This document shows, piece after piece, positions 18,255 through 26,808 of a stretch of DNA of 64,000 nt. Both the position numbers and the translations under genes were made by a program. The stretch lies in the sequence record PP496439.1. One strand, written 5' to 3'. Position 1 is the first letter of the stretch. The number at the start of each line of letters is the position of its first letter. The notes beneath the pieces are model-generated. The model was not told the DNA's origin. It saw only the letters and a list, made by a program, of their open reading frames with translations, and ran no database searches.

Positions 18255-19457
18255 ATGACCACCAAGACAATGCTGTTGAACAACGTCACCGCCATCGATG
18301 TAGGCTTCCTGACCGCCCAAGGCGTGTTCGGGGCCAGCGTACGCCCTTCGTTCCTTATCACCGGCGAGATGTCCGAGGACGAACAGGTGGTTGTGGATTT
18401 CTCCACGATCAAGAAGTCTATCAAGGAACTGATCGACCACAAAGAGCTGGGCATCGATCACAAGACCATCGTCATCGGTCCAGCGTTTCCAAAACCTGAA
18501 GATGACGATAACTTCACCGTCACTATGGGCGGTCCTGTGGGCGGTTCCGTTCGCATGACTGCCCCGGAAGACGCTTTCGTGTTCTTGTCCGAACGTTGCC
18601 CCCACGCACTCAGCGAAGACTGGAACACCAAGGGTAAGCTGCTGTCCGATTGCGTTGTAGTAGATCGTCACGGCGGGCTGGTATCCCCAGAGCGCTTCGT
18701 CATTCCGTTGGTGCAAGAACTGCTGAGCCGCGAACTGCCAAAGCTCTTCCCCCCGTTGACCGACATCAAGGTGTTCTACAGCAAAGACGTCACAGCGCCG
18801 TTGCAACCTAGCCACATCCGTGTGGGCGCCATGTTCAGGGGTGCAGACCATGATCCGATGATGGACACGCTGGTGGAAGACAACATCCGCCTCACCTACT
18901 CCCACGGTCTGCCCCGCTCCACTAGCTGGGGCTGCCAGAACATCCTGCACGGTCACGTCAGCGTCGTGACACTGGCTATGCCTCATTCCCGAGCGGACCA
19001 CACCCAGGCTATCCTGCTGGAAATTCGCCACGATCTGGCGGGCAAGTACCTGGTGGCCGAACGCGACGTACTCCCGGCGGATGATGAACCGTCTGTACTG
19101 GACGACGAAGATGCCGTATTGGAAGGCACCGACGAAGATCAGGACGCTAACTCCGACGATCTGATGGACGCACATACCATGTCTGAAGACGATGCGCCGG
19201 ACGAAGTTGACGACGTAGCTATCCAAGGTACGAACATCGGGTTCGAGTCTATGTCTCGCGGCTCGTTCAGCCTGTTCCTGCCACACGGCAGCACCCAGAT
19301 CAAAGTGATGCCGACGGACACCACCGTTGAAAACATCGCCCAGTACATCTGGGACACTCACGTCCAGCCCGCCATCGAAGCCTACGAACTGACCGACGTA
19401 TCCATGTACGTCTCGGAAGGCTTGGACAAAGGCGCATTCATCCGTCAGCAGGTATGA
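18255..19457 (+). CDS. queD: Tandem T-fold QueD-like (6-carboxy-tetrahydropterin synthase-like) protein with an acidic insertion
   Basis: VVDFSTIKK..K.LIDH...IDHK in domain 1; YSHGL...GCQNILHGH and TDTTVENIAQYI...EG in domain 2 match the long gammaproteobacterial QueD-like form. Confidence 0.75.
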   Translation: MTTKTMLLNNVTAIDVGFLTAQGVFGASVRPSFLITGEMSEDEQVVVDFSTIKKSIKELIDHKELGIDHKTIVIGPAFPKPEDDDNFTVTMGGPVGGSVRMTAPEDAFVFLSERCPHALSEDWNTKGKLLSDCVVVDRHGGLVSPERFVIPLVQELLSRELPKLFPPLTDIKVFYSKDVTAPLQPSHIRVGAMFRGADHDPMMDTLVEDNIRLTYSHGLPRSTSWGCQNILHGHVSVVTLAMPHSRADHTQAILLEIRHDLAGKYLVAERDVLPADDEPSVLDDEDAVLEGTDEDQDANSDDLMDAHTMSEDDAPDEVDDVAIQGTNIGFESMSRGSFSLFLPHGSTQIKVMPTDTTVENIAQYIWDTHVQPAIEAYELTDVSMYVSEGLDKGAFIRQQV

Positions 19458-19486
19458 GCATGCTTGCACAACTCCGAGGTAACACC

Positions 19487-19843
19487 ATGATCAAGTTGGC
19501 GCTGGCCCTGCTGATGACAATGGGGGCCATGTACGGCCTTCCGATGGCACAAGCTTCCGAACCGTTACAAGGTAAGTACGAAGGTTATCAGTTCGGTGTT
19601 ACTCGGTGCGACGCCCGCAACATGTCTGACCTCGGTCAGGGTTGCATCATGCGTGAGAGCATGTTTGAAGCGCGTGCTTTCAACTGGTCCGACTGGATCG
19701 TTCGGCTGACCCAGAACCGAACGGCTATCGTCACCGACATCCGGTATCAAGACGGTAAGTCTGGCGCTGATCCTTTCATCAACGTCTATTACATCTACGA
19801 CCCGCACGCTCGGTACGATGAGTTGGCACCCAAGAAGGAGTAG
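19487..19843 (+). CDS. Small exported protein (signal peptide, Cys pair)
   Basis: GAGGT RBS; AQA cleavage site; weak paralogy to 15026-15334. Confidence 0.7.
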   Translation: MIKLALALLMTMGAMYGLPMAQASEPLQGKYEGYQFGVTRCDARNMSDLGQGCIMRESMFEARAFNWSDWIVRLTQNRTAIVTDIRYQDGKSGADPFINVYYIYDPHARYDELAPKKE

Positions 19844-19847
19844 TACC

Positions 19848-20420
19848 ATGATCATCTTTCCGCCGGGACTGGACGTAACCCAACGAGACAGCGCCGAGTG
19901 CGCCTATAATCGTCTGATGTTGCAGCTGGACTTAATGGAAGACGACAACGATCATACGCTCGAAATGGAGCAGATGCTGGCCGAACACCGTCAGCAATTG
20001 GAACTGTGGATCTGCATGTTCATGGAGAAGATTGCACTGGGGTTGCACTCCAGCCCGGTGTGGCAAGAGGCCGCAGTGCTGAACATGCAACAGATCCAAT
20101 CCATCCTCGACATTATGGTCGTCTTGGTTGGTAGCCTTGATCCCAAGGAGAAGATGGAGGGTGAGTTCCCGGAACGGCGGGCAAGATCATTAGCGTTGGC
20201 GCAAGCCTTTGAGAAACAACGCCGGTACAAGAACTACTTCGTTAGCACGGTAGAAAGTTTCTTTTGCTCATTGTTCCTAGCCGTATACCGATACAACTGG
20301 CCTTACGTGGGCAAGCTATCTCCCGAAGACGTTCGACTGGAACATCTGCTGGAAGAAGGGAAACGCTACGTACGTGCGTTGGAGATCAATCAAAGTCAGA
20401 TGAATAATGCTCGGGTCTGA
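19848..20420 (+). CDS. Hypothetical helical protein
   Basis: AGGAG RBS before ATG 19848. Confidence 0.7.
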   Translation: MIIFPPGLDVTQRDSAECAYNRLMLQLDLMEDDNDHTLEMEQMLAEHRQQLELWICMFMEKIALGLHSSPVWQEAAVLNMQQIQSILDIMVVLVGSLDPKEKMEGEFPERRARSLALAQAFEKQRRYKNYFVSTVESFFCSLFLAVYRYNWPYVGKLSPEDVRLEHLLEEGKRYVRALEINQSQMNNARV

Positions 20421-20521
20421 CTGTACTTTTCTACCTTTTCCTCCCGACTTACTACCCCTTGGGCAAGCTAATTCCAAGCATGTCCAACGAAATATATAAC
20501 CTGCTTTAGGAGTGCTACCAG

Positions 20522-23395
20522 ATGTATGTAATCCGCCGAGACGGAAGTCGTTCCTTGTTCCAGAGCGAAAAAATCCGGGCTGCTATTGAGCGAGCCTTCT
20601 TCGCGGTACACGGTCGTGATGCTGATATTCCCACACAGACTGGCCGTGTCACTCAGGCAGTAGAGTCTGGCTTATCCAGTCAAGAATCTGTCCACATCGA
20701 AGTCATTCAGGAAGGCGTACTCGCTGCGCTGATCGCGGAAGGCCACCCCCGCGTCGAGCATGCCTACCGCGTGTATCGAGACGCCCGCACTGCCCAGCGT
20801 GAGCTGCCCCAGGCTTACACTGACGAGAACGGTACTGCTATCAGCATCCCGGCTCTCACCGACATCCTCGCCCGCGTATCCTTCCGCCTGCCCTACGACG
20901 TGACGGTTCACTTGGACCTGGTGGCCGTGGCGCGCTCGGCGTTCCTGCAGATGTTCAACGGGATCAAGGCAGCTGACGTGCACAACGCACTGATCTTGGC
21001 AACCCGTGCGTTCATCGAGCGTGCCCCGGAGTACAGCAATCTGGCAGCGCAACTGCTGCTGGCCCAGACGGCGCGTGAAGTGTGGGACCTTGACGCCACC
21101 ACGTACCCCACCGCCGATACCTACGCCAAGTGCTACAAGCAGGATACCGTAAGGCTTCTGATTGTCGGCGTGAAAGACGGCATCTACGATCCCAAGCTGA
21201 CCACTGGTGGCAGATTAGGATTTGACTTGGACCTCCTCCGGTCAGCAATCAAACCGGAACGTGACCTGCAGTTCGACTACTTGGGTTTGCAGACCCTGTA
21301 CGACCGTTACTTCATCCGCCGCGCGGGCGAAGGCGTTCGTATCGAAATGCCACAGACGTTCTTCATGCGGGTGGCCATGGGTCTGGCGATCCTTGAAAGC
21401 GATCCAACGTCAGCGGCGCTTGAGTTCTACGATGTGCTATCCACGTTCGACTACATGGCCTCAACCCCCACCCTGTTCAACGCAGGCACCACCCACAGCC
21501 AGATGTCGAGTTGCTACTTGACCACTGTGCCGGACGACCTGCTGGGCATCTACGGCGCCATTCAAGACAACGCCATGCTGTCCAAGTACGCTGGCGGTCT
21601 GGGCAACGACTGGACGCCGGTGCGTGCACTGGGTAGCCTGATCAAGGGCACCAACGGCAGGTCGCAAGGCGTGGTCCCGTTCCTCAAGGTGGTTAACGAC
21701 ACCGCCGTCGCCGTGAACCAAGGCGGAAAGCGCAAGGGTGCCGTGTGTGCATATCTTGAAACGTGGCACATGGACATCGAAGAGTTCACCGAGCTGCGCA
21801 AGAACACAGGTGATGATCGTCGTCGTACCCACGACATGAACACCGCCAACTGGGTTCCTGACCTGTTCATGGATCGCCAGATGAAGGACATGGATTGGAC
21901 CTTGTTCACTCCGTCGGAATGCCCTGACCTCCATGAGATGTACGGCGAGGCTTTCAAAAACCGTTACGAGTTCTACGAGGCGGAAGCTGCCGCTGGCCGT
22001 ATCCAGACCTTCAAGACCGTGCGCGCCAAGGACTTGTACCGCAAGATCCTGTCCATGATCTTCGAAACCGGCCACCCGTGGATCACGTTCAAAGATCCGT
22101 GCAACATCCGCAGCCCGCAGCAACACGTCGGCGTCGTGCACAGCTCCAACCTGTGTACTGAGATCACCCTGAACACGAAGTCCTCCGCGCCTGAACTCAA
22201 GGACGGCGAGACGGCAGTGTGCAACTTGGGTTCGATCAACCTGCCGCGCCACTTGAAATACGTGGGCGAAGGTGGGCAGTCTCTGGACATCGACCACGAG
22301 AAGCTGAAACGCACCGTTACTCTGGCCGTGCGTATGCTGGACAACGTGATCGACATCAACTTCTACCCGACCAAGGAAGCGAAGAACAGCAACATGCGCC
22401 ACCGTCCGATCGGTCTGGGTGTCATGGGCTTCCAAGACGTGTTGTACGCCAACAACGTCGGCTATGACAGCGAGCTGGCTACGTTCTGGGCGGGCTACTT
22501 CCAGCGGTCCATCGCCTTGTACGCCATCAACGCATCATGTGATCTGGCCCAACTACGCGGTGCGTACGAATCATTCCAAGGTTCGGATTGGTCGCTGGGT
22601 GTTCTTCCAGTTCACACGTTCCAAACCCAGATCGATATCCGTCGTCGTCAGGGCTTCAAGGTGGAAGCAGCGCAGAAAGCCCAAGATCATGCGTACTTTA
22701 TCGGCAAAACCAAGATCAACGGCAAGACGCTGAACGAGTTGGAAAGCCAATTGGCGAACAAGGTAACTCACGGCATGCGTAACAGCAACGTGATGGCGAT
22801 TGCGCCGACGGCTACCATCTCGAACATCGTGGGTGTGACTCAGAGCATCGAGCCTACGTACGAGCAGGTGTTCGTCAAGGACAACCTGAGCGGCAAGTTC
22901 ACCGTGATCAACCGCTTCTTGGTTGAGCAGCTGCGTAATTGCGGTCTGTGGGACTCGGACATGCTCGACCAGCTCAAGATGAAAAACGGATCCATTCAGG
23001 GCATCCCTGAAATCCCGGAAGGCATCAAGGACGTGTATCGCACTGCGTTCGAGTATGAGCCTGAGGTGCTGATCAACTGTGCCATCCAGCGTCAGATCCC
23101 AATCGATCAGGCACAGTCGCTCAATCTGTACATGGCGAACCCGTCGGGTAAGAAGCTGGCGAACACGTACGACTACGGCTTCGAGATTGGGTTGAAGACC
23201 ACGTATTACCTCCGCGCCAAGGCTGCGTCGTCCATCGAGAAGTCCACCAGTCGTACCGGCGGCGAGTTGAACAGCGTCAAGAACGCTGCGAAGGTAGAAG
23301 CCCCCGTTGCTGCTCCAATGCCGGAAGCTGAAGGTGCTGCATGCTTCCTGCGTCCAGGTGATCCGGGCTTTGCAGAGTGCGAAAGCTGCCAGTAG
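20522..23395 (+). CDS. nrdA: Class Ia ribonucleotide reductase alpha subunit with N-terminal ATP-cone(s)
   Basis: YVIRRDG ATP-cone, TPTLFNAG, SSCY, SNLCTEI, CNLGS, TTYYLR and C-terminal CESCQ. Confidence 0.97.
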   Translation: MYVIRRDGSRSLFQSEKIRAAIERAFFAVHGRDADIPTQTGRVTQAVESGLSSQESVHIEVIQEGVLAALIAEGHPRVEHAYRVYRDARTAQRELPQAYTDENGTAISIPALTDILARVSFRLPYDVTVHLDLVAVARSAFLQMFNGIKAADVHNALILATRAFIERAPEYSNLAAQLLLAQTAREVWDLDATTYPTADTYAKCYKQDTVRLLIVGVKDGIYDPKLTTGGRLGFDLDLLRSAIKPERDLQFDYLGLQTLYDRYFIRRAGEGVRIEMPQTFFMRVAMGLAILESDPTSAALEFYDVLSTFDYMASTPTLFNAGTTHSQMSSCYLTTVPDDLLGIYGAIQDNAMLSKYAGGLGNDWTPVRALGSLIKGTNGRSQGVVPFLKVVNDTAVAVNQGGKRKGAVCAYLETWHMDIEEFTELRKNTGDDRRRTHDMNTANWVPDLFMDRQMKDMDWTLFTPSECPDLHEMYGEAFKNRYEFYEAEAAAGRIQTFKTVRAKDLYRKILSMIFETGHPWITFKDPCNIRSPQQHVGVVHSSNLCTEITLNTKSSAPELKDGETAVCNLGSINLPRHLKYVGEGGQSLDIDHEKLKRTVTLAVRMLDNVIDINFYPTKEAKNSNMRHRPIGLGVMGFQDVLYANNVGYDSELATFWAGYFQRSIALYAINASCDLAQLRGAYESFQGSDWSLGVLPVHTFQTQIDIRRRQGFKVEAAQKAQDHAYFIGKTKINGKTLNELESQLANKVTHGMRNSNVMAIAPTATISNIVGVTQSIEPTYEQVFVKDNLSGKFTVINRFLVEQLRNCGLWDSDMLDQLKMKNGSIQGIPEIPEGIKDVYRTAFEYEPEVLINCAIQRQIPIDQAQSLNLYMANPSGKKLANTYDYGFEIGLKTTYYLRAKAASSIEKSTSRTGGELNSVKNAAKVEAPVAAPMPEAEGAACFLRPGDPGFAECESCQ

Positions 23396-23479
23396 TCTGA
23401 TCCAGCTGTAATGTAAATGATAGGGCGGGCAGGCAACTGTTTCCGCCCTATTTCATCTGTTGCACATGGGGCTTACCTT

Positions 23480-24265
23480 ATGAGTGCTGTACCTAATCGT
23501 GTGTCCCTAGTGGACAAGCGCATCTTCAACGGAAAGGCTGATGTCAACGCCTTGCTACCGCTTCGGTATCCGTGGGCCTATGACGCCTACGTGAACGCGA
23601 ACAAGAACCACTGGCTTCCCGGCGACATCCACCTCGATCTGGATCGAGTCAACCATGAACATCAGTCGTACTGGCCTGCTGTCAGCCGGTTCCTGATCAG
23701 CGTAGCCCAGCGCGCCGAGATCGATCGACAGCACATGCTCTTCGTGTATCGGGCCACCACGGCGCCCGAGGTTCGTCAGCGCTTCCTCCGCATGGGGCAG
23801 GAAGACACCATTGCCATCATGCTGGCGCAAGACATGGGGCTGGCACTGGAAGACTTCATCCCGTCTCCAGAGGTGGTGTTGTACAAGACGGAGAAAGCCT
23901 ATCTGGCCGGGCTCATGGAACTGATCGAGCGTAAGCTCTTGTCCGTGGCCGAAGGCAAGTACATCCTCGAAGAAGTACCGGGGGTGCACCAGAATATACG
24001 CAAAGCAGTTGAGAACATCCACCGCGACGTGGACTCTCAGTTGGACTTCCTGTTCACCCTGCTGCGCACCTTCCTTGGCGAATGCGAGGTCAGCTCCTAC
24101 CGGGGTTGCAACACGCAAGCGTTCTGGCAGAGCAGCAACCAGTACCACGCCCACCTGAACTCGATTGTTCTGAACGTTCTGACGGGGGCGCCGGTTACCC
24201 CTACGCCGTATCAGACACAGGTGGTCGCAGACAACCAAACCAAAGACACACTGACCTGGGACTGA
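23480..24265 (+). CDS. Degenerate NrdB paralog (beta-prime): metal ligands and radical Tyr lost, L-x-W-D tail kept
   Basis: NHWLPGDI matches NHWLPQEI; EEAFHTESY becomes EDTIAIMLA; RDESGH becomes RDVDSQ; ends TLTWD versus GLEWD. Confidence 0.8.
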   Translation: MSAVPNRVSLVDKRIFNGKADVNALLPLRYPWAYDAYVNANKNHWLPGDIHLDLDRVNHEHQSYWPAVSRFLISVAQRAEIDRQHMLFVYRATTAPEVRQRFLRMGQEDTIAIMLAQDMGLALEDFIPSPEVVLYKTEKAYLAGLMELIERKLLSVAEGKYILEEVPGVHQNIRKAVENIHRDVDSQLDFLFTLLRTFLGECEVSSYRGCNTQAFWQSSNQYHAHLNSIVLNVLTGAPVTPTPYQTQVVADNQTKDTLTWD

Positions 24266-24267
24266 CT

Positions 24268-25242
24268 ATGACCGTTCTTACTCACGTAAACCCGCACGAA
24301 CATGAGTGGGCGTTGGAAAAGACCTTGGCGTCAAACTCGAACCATTGGTTGCCCCAAGAGATTGGACTGTCCACCGACATCCTGCAATGGAAGACCGGAC
24401 AGTTGAGCGACGACGAGATGCGCATGGTCAAGCGTAACCTCGGGTTCTTCTCCACCGCTGACTCGCTGGCCGCGAACAACATCATTCTTGGCACTATACG
24501 CCACATAAAGAACCGTAACTGTCGCCACTACCTGTTCCGACAAGCGTATGAAGAGGCATTCCACACGGAGTCCTACGCGTACGTGATCGAGAGCCTTGGT
24601 TTGGATCAGGGTGAGATCTTCAACGCGTACAACGAGATCGACTCGATCCGGGCCAAGGACGAATTCCTTCTGCCGTACATCGAGGTGCTGACCGATCCGG
24701 CGTTCCAAGCGGACACCATCGAGAACGTCCAGATCCTGCTCAAGTCACTTTTCGCTTTCGCGTGCATTATGGAAGGTCTGTTCTTCTACGTCGGCTTCGT
24801 CCAGATGCTGTCTCTGGGCCGTCGCAACAAGCTGCCCGGCTCCTCGCAAGAGTTCCAGTACATCCTGCGCGATGAGAGCGGCCACTGCAACTTTGGCATC
24901 GACCTGATCAACACGATCAAGCGCGAGTACCCAGGCGTGTGGACTGCGGAACTCCAGAAGGAGTGCACCGACATGTTGCGCACCGGCGTTGACCTGGAGC
25001 AAGCCTATGCGGTAGATACCCTGCCCAACGGTGTGCTGGGTCTGAACGCGGACAACACACGCCAGTACCTGGAGTTCATCGCGGACCGCCGCTGCATTCA
25101 GGTGGAGCTGCCAGTACAGTACAACCAGAACGACAACCCGTTCCCGTGGATGTCGGAGATGGTTGACTTGAACAACGAGGAGAACTTCTTCGAGAAGAAG
25201 GTGCTGGCATACCAGCAAGCCGCCGGACTGGAGTGGGACTAA
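24268..25242 (+). CDS. nrdB: Class Ia ribonucleotide reductase beta subunit
   Basis: Full ligand set: STADS, EEAFH, radical Tyr (HTESY), IMEG, RDESGH; C-terminal AYQQ...LEWD. Confidence 0.95.
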   Translation: MTVLTHVNPHEHEWALEKTLASNSNHWLPQEIGLSTDILQWKTGQLSDDEMRMVKRNLGFFSTADSLAANNIILGTIRHIKNRNCRHYLFRQAYEEAFHTESYAYVIESLGLDQGEIFNAYNEIDSIRAKDEFLLPYIEVLTDPAFQADTIENVQILLKSLFAFACIMEGLFFYVGFVQMLSLGRRNKLPGSSQEFQYILRDESGHCNFGIDLINTIKREYPGVWTAELQKECTDMLRTGVDLEQAYAVDTLPNGVLGLNADNTRQYLEFIADRRCIQVELPVQYNQNDNPFPWMSEMVDLNNEENFFEKKVLAYQQAAGLEWD

Positions 25243-25243
25243 C

Positions 25244-25345
25244 ATGATCTATACGTGTCCGAAGTGTAACCGGTTGCATTCAGATGGGACAAGCAACTTC
25301 GAGCTAGTCGTTCTGTGCCGGTATTGCAACCCACTGAAGGGGTAA
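25244..25345 (+). CDS. 33-aa Zn-ribbon micro-protein (absent from the ORF track)
   Basis: MIYTCPKCNRLHSDGTSNFELVVLCRYCNPLKG; GGAG inside the nrdB 3' end; two CxxC motifs. Confidence 0.55.
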   Translation: MIYTCPKCNRLHSDGTSNFELVVLCRYCNPLKG

Positions 25346-25357
25346 TACGGTCCGGTA

Positions 25358-25390
25358 AATAGGGGAGTGAGCAATCGCTTCCCTATTTTT
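25358..25390 (+). terminator. Terminator-like hairpin with GCAA loop
   Basis: AATAGGG...CCCTATT stem plus T run. Confidence 0.65.
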
Positions 25391-25407
25391 ATGTCTGGAG
25401 TTTGATA

Positions 25408-25650
25408 ATGGCTACCGAGACTAACGACATCTTCGTTGTAATGGCAGACGTGCAGTATGAATCGTCCACACCGGTTAAAGCCTTCCGGGTAAAGCGTACC
25501 GCCGAAGCCTTCCGCAAGAAATGCGAGAAGTATCAGGAGGGTTATTCCGCTGGATTCAATGATCAGAAGTGGAAGGACAAACACCCGGCAGGTATCAACA
25601 ACTACAACGCCGACAGCTACTCACTGGAAGTTATCCCCTTCGTGGGCTAG
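25408..25650 (+). CDS. Small hypothetical protein, paralog of 26506-26805
   Basis: GGAG RBS; shared FVV.A...YE...P.K.FR.K and W...HPAG....AD motifs. Confidence 0.75.
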   Translation: MATETNDIFVVMADVQYESSTPVKAFRVKRTAEAFRKKCEKYQEGYSAGFNDQKWKDKHPAGINNYNADSYSLEVIPFVG

Positions 25651-25659
25651 GAGTCTTCT

Positions 25660-26094
25660 ATGAAGCGGCCAGTGTGGATCACTTTGACCGGTAAGACCAA
25701 GAAGCACAACGTCCCCTACCTGATTGATCAGCGCTACGTGCGTGAGTGGATGCACTGGGGACTGAAGATGTATCCCACGCAATTCCCACCTCCACCGGAT
25801 ACACTGGTAGGTTCCCAATCTACTTCGTGGAAGTTCTGGGACATTCGCAAGTTCTACCTGTGGAGCGTTAAGTGCACTTGCATCTACACCGGTGAAGTGC
25901 ACCACCTTGGCGGCGGTTCGTGGCTGACCAAATCTCAAGCGAAAGTCCTGCAAGACGATGGGATCGAGCTGGGCATCTTGTTGAATACCATTCCAGAGTG
26001 GGTGGTAGATATGGGACTGCTCAAGACTTGGTGCTTCGTACAGGACCTGTTCGCGTTCCGTAATCCCTTCCCTCAACGGGAGAAGAACAAATGA
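25660..26094 (+). CDS. Trp-rich hypothetical protein
   Basis: AGGAG RBS; overlaps the next start (ATGA). Confidence 0.75.
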   Translation: MKRPVWITLTGKTKKHNVPYLIDQRYVREWMHWGLKMYPTQFPPPPDTLVGSQSTSWKFWDIRKFYLWSVKCTCIYTGEVHHLGGGSWLTKSQAKVLQDDGIELGILLNTIPEWVVDMGLLKTWCFVQDLFAFRNPFPQREKNK

Positions 26095-26321
26095 CTGCTC
26101 GTTCAGGCATTACCCATTCCTACAAGGAAACCAAGACGGTAGACATCACTAATCTGGAGTCCCCCGGTCGTGCCATGTCCAACGGCAAGATCGTGATCAG
26201 TGTGACGGATAAGGGAGAGTCCACCATCGAGTGTACCTTTGGTGGGCATCAGTGTGGTATGGTGACTGATAAGTCTTCACTCTACCAACTGCGAGACGCC
26301 CTTACTGATCTTCTGGACTAG
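26091..26321 (+). CDS. Small hypothetical protein
   Basis: Translationally coupled to the upstream gene. Confidence 0.7.
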   Translation: MTARSGITHSYKETKTVDITNLESPGRAMSNGKIVISVTDKGESTIECTFGGHQCGMVTDKSSLYQLRDALTDLLD

Positions 26322-26328
26322 GTGATCT

Positions 26329-26502
26329 ATGACCAACATAGTCAACTTCCCGAAGAAGGATACCACTGAGCCGGAGAGTACTGAGCTTGTGCTGAACGAT
26401 CAGCAGATGGATGAGTTCGAACGTAATCTGGAGCAGCGGCCTCCCGAAACCAATCTGTCACTTCAGCGCTTGCTAAGGCGCCCTACCCGCTGGAAGGAGT
26501 AG
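26329..26502 (+). CDS. 57-aa protein resembling only the C-terminal toxin-binding half of TacA/AtaR (DUF1778) antitoxins (absent from the ORF track)
   Basis: AGGTGA RBS; LVLNDQQMDEFERNLEQRPPETNLSLQRLLRRPTRW; no RHH domain; no GNAT toxin nearby. Confidence 0.7.
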   Translation: MTNIVNFPKKDTTEPESTELVLNDQQMDEFERNLEQRPPETNLSLQRLLRRPTRWKE

Positions 26503-26505
26503 ATT

Positions 26506-26805
26506 ATGCCGGACTGCTTTGTGGTACATGCCGAAGCGATGTACGAAGCCCCTGTACCCATCAAGGTGTTCCGGCGCAAGTACAAAGCCAAACTCTTCAT
26601 CAAAGAACTACGCGCGTATCATGCGCAGCGTCCCGTCTTACCCTCCACGTTCAACGAGTTAGGTGTGGGGTATCCCGAAAGCATCTACGCCGCGCACATG
26701 GATGCGTACCACATGGATCACATGGACTGGTCTAGTTCCCATCCGGCGGGTATGGCCGGAGAAGGTGCTGACGACTTCACATTCACCCAATTACCTTTGG
26801 AATAG
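26506..26805 (+). CDS. Small hypothetical protein, paralog of 25408-25650
   Basis: AGGAG RBS; shared motifs as above. Confidence 0.75.
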   Translation: MPDCFVVHAEAMYEAPVPIKVFRRKYKAKLFIKELRAYHAQRPVLPSTFNELGVGYPESIYAAHMDAYHMDHMDWSSSHPAGMAGEGADDFTFTQLPLE

Positions 26806-26808
26806 AAA

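Noticed and set aside
20522-23395. Intein or intron in nrdA (or terL)
   Set aside because: The length is explained by ATP-cones; there are no intein C1/HN motifs or frame interruptions.
23480-24265. Upstream NrdB-like ORF as a pseudogene, split gene or frameshifted N-terminal half of nrdB
   Set aside because: It is a full open frame that covers both helix pairs and has its own C-terminal tail. The downstream nrdB is complete on its own, so this is a duplication, not a split.
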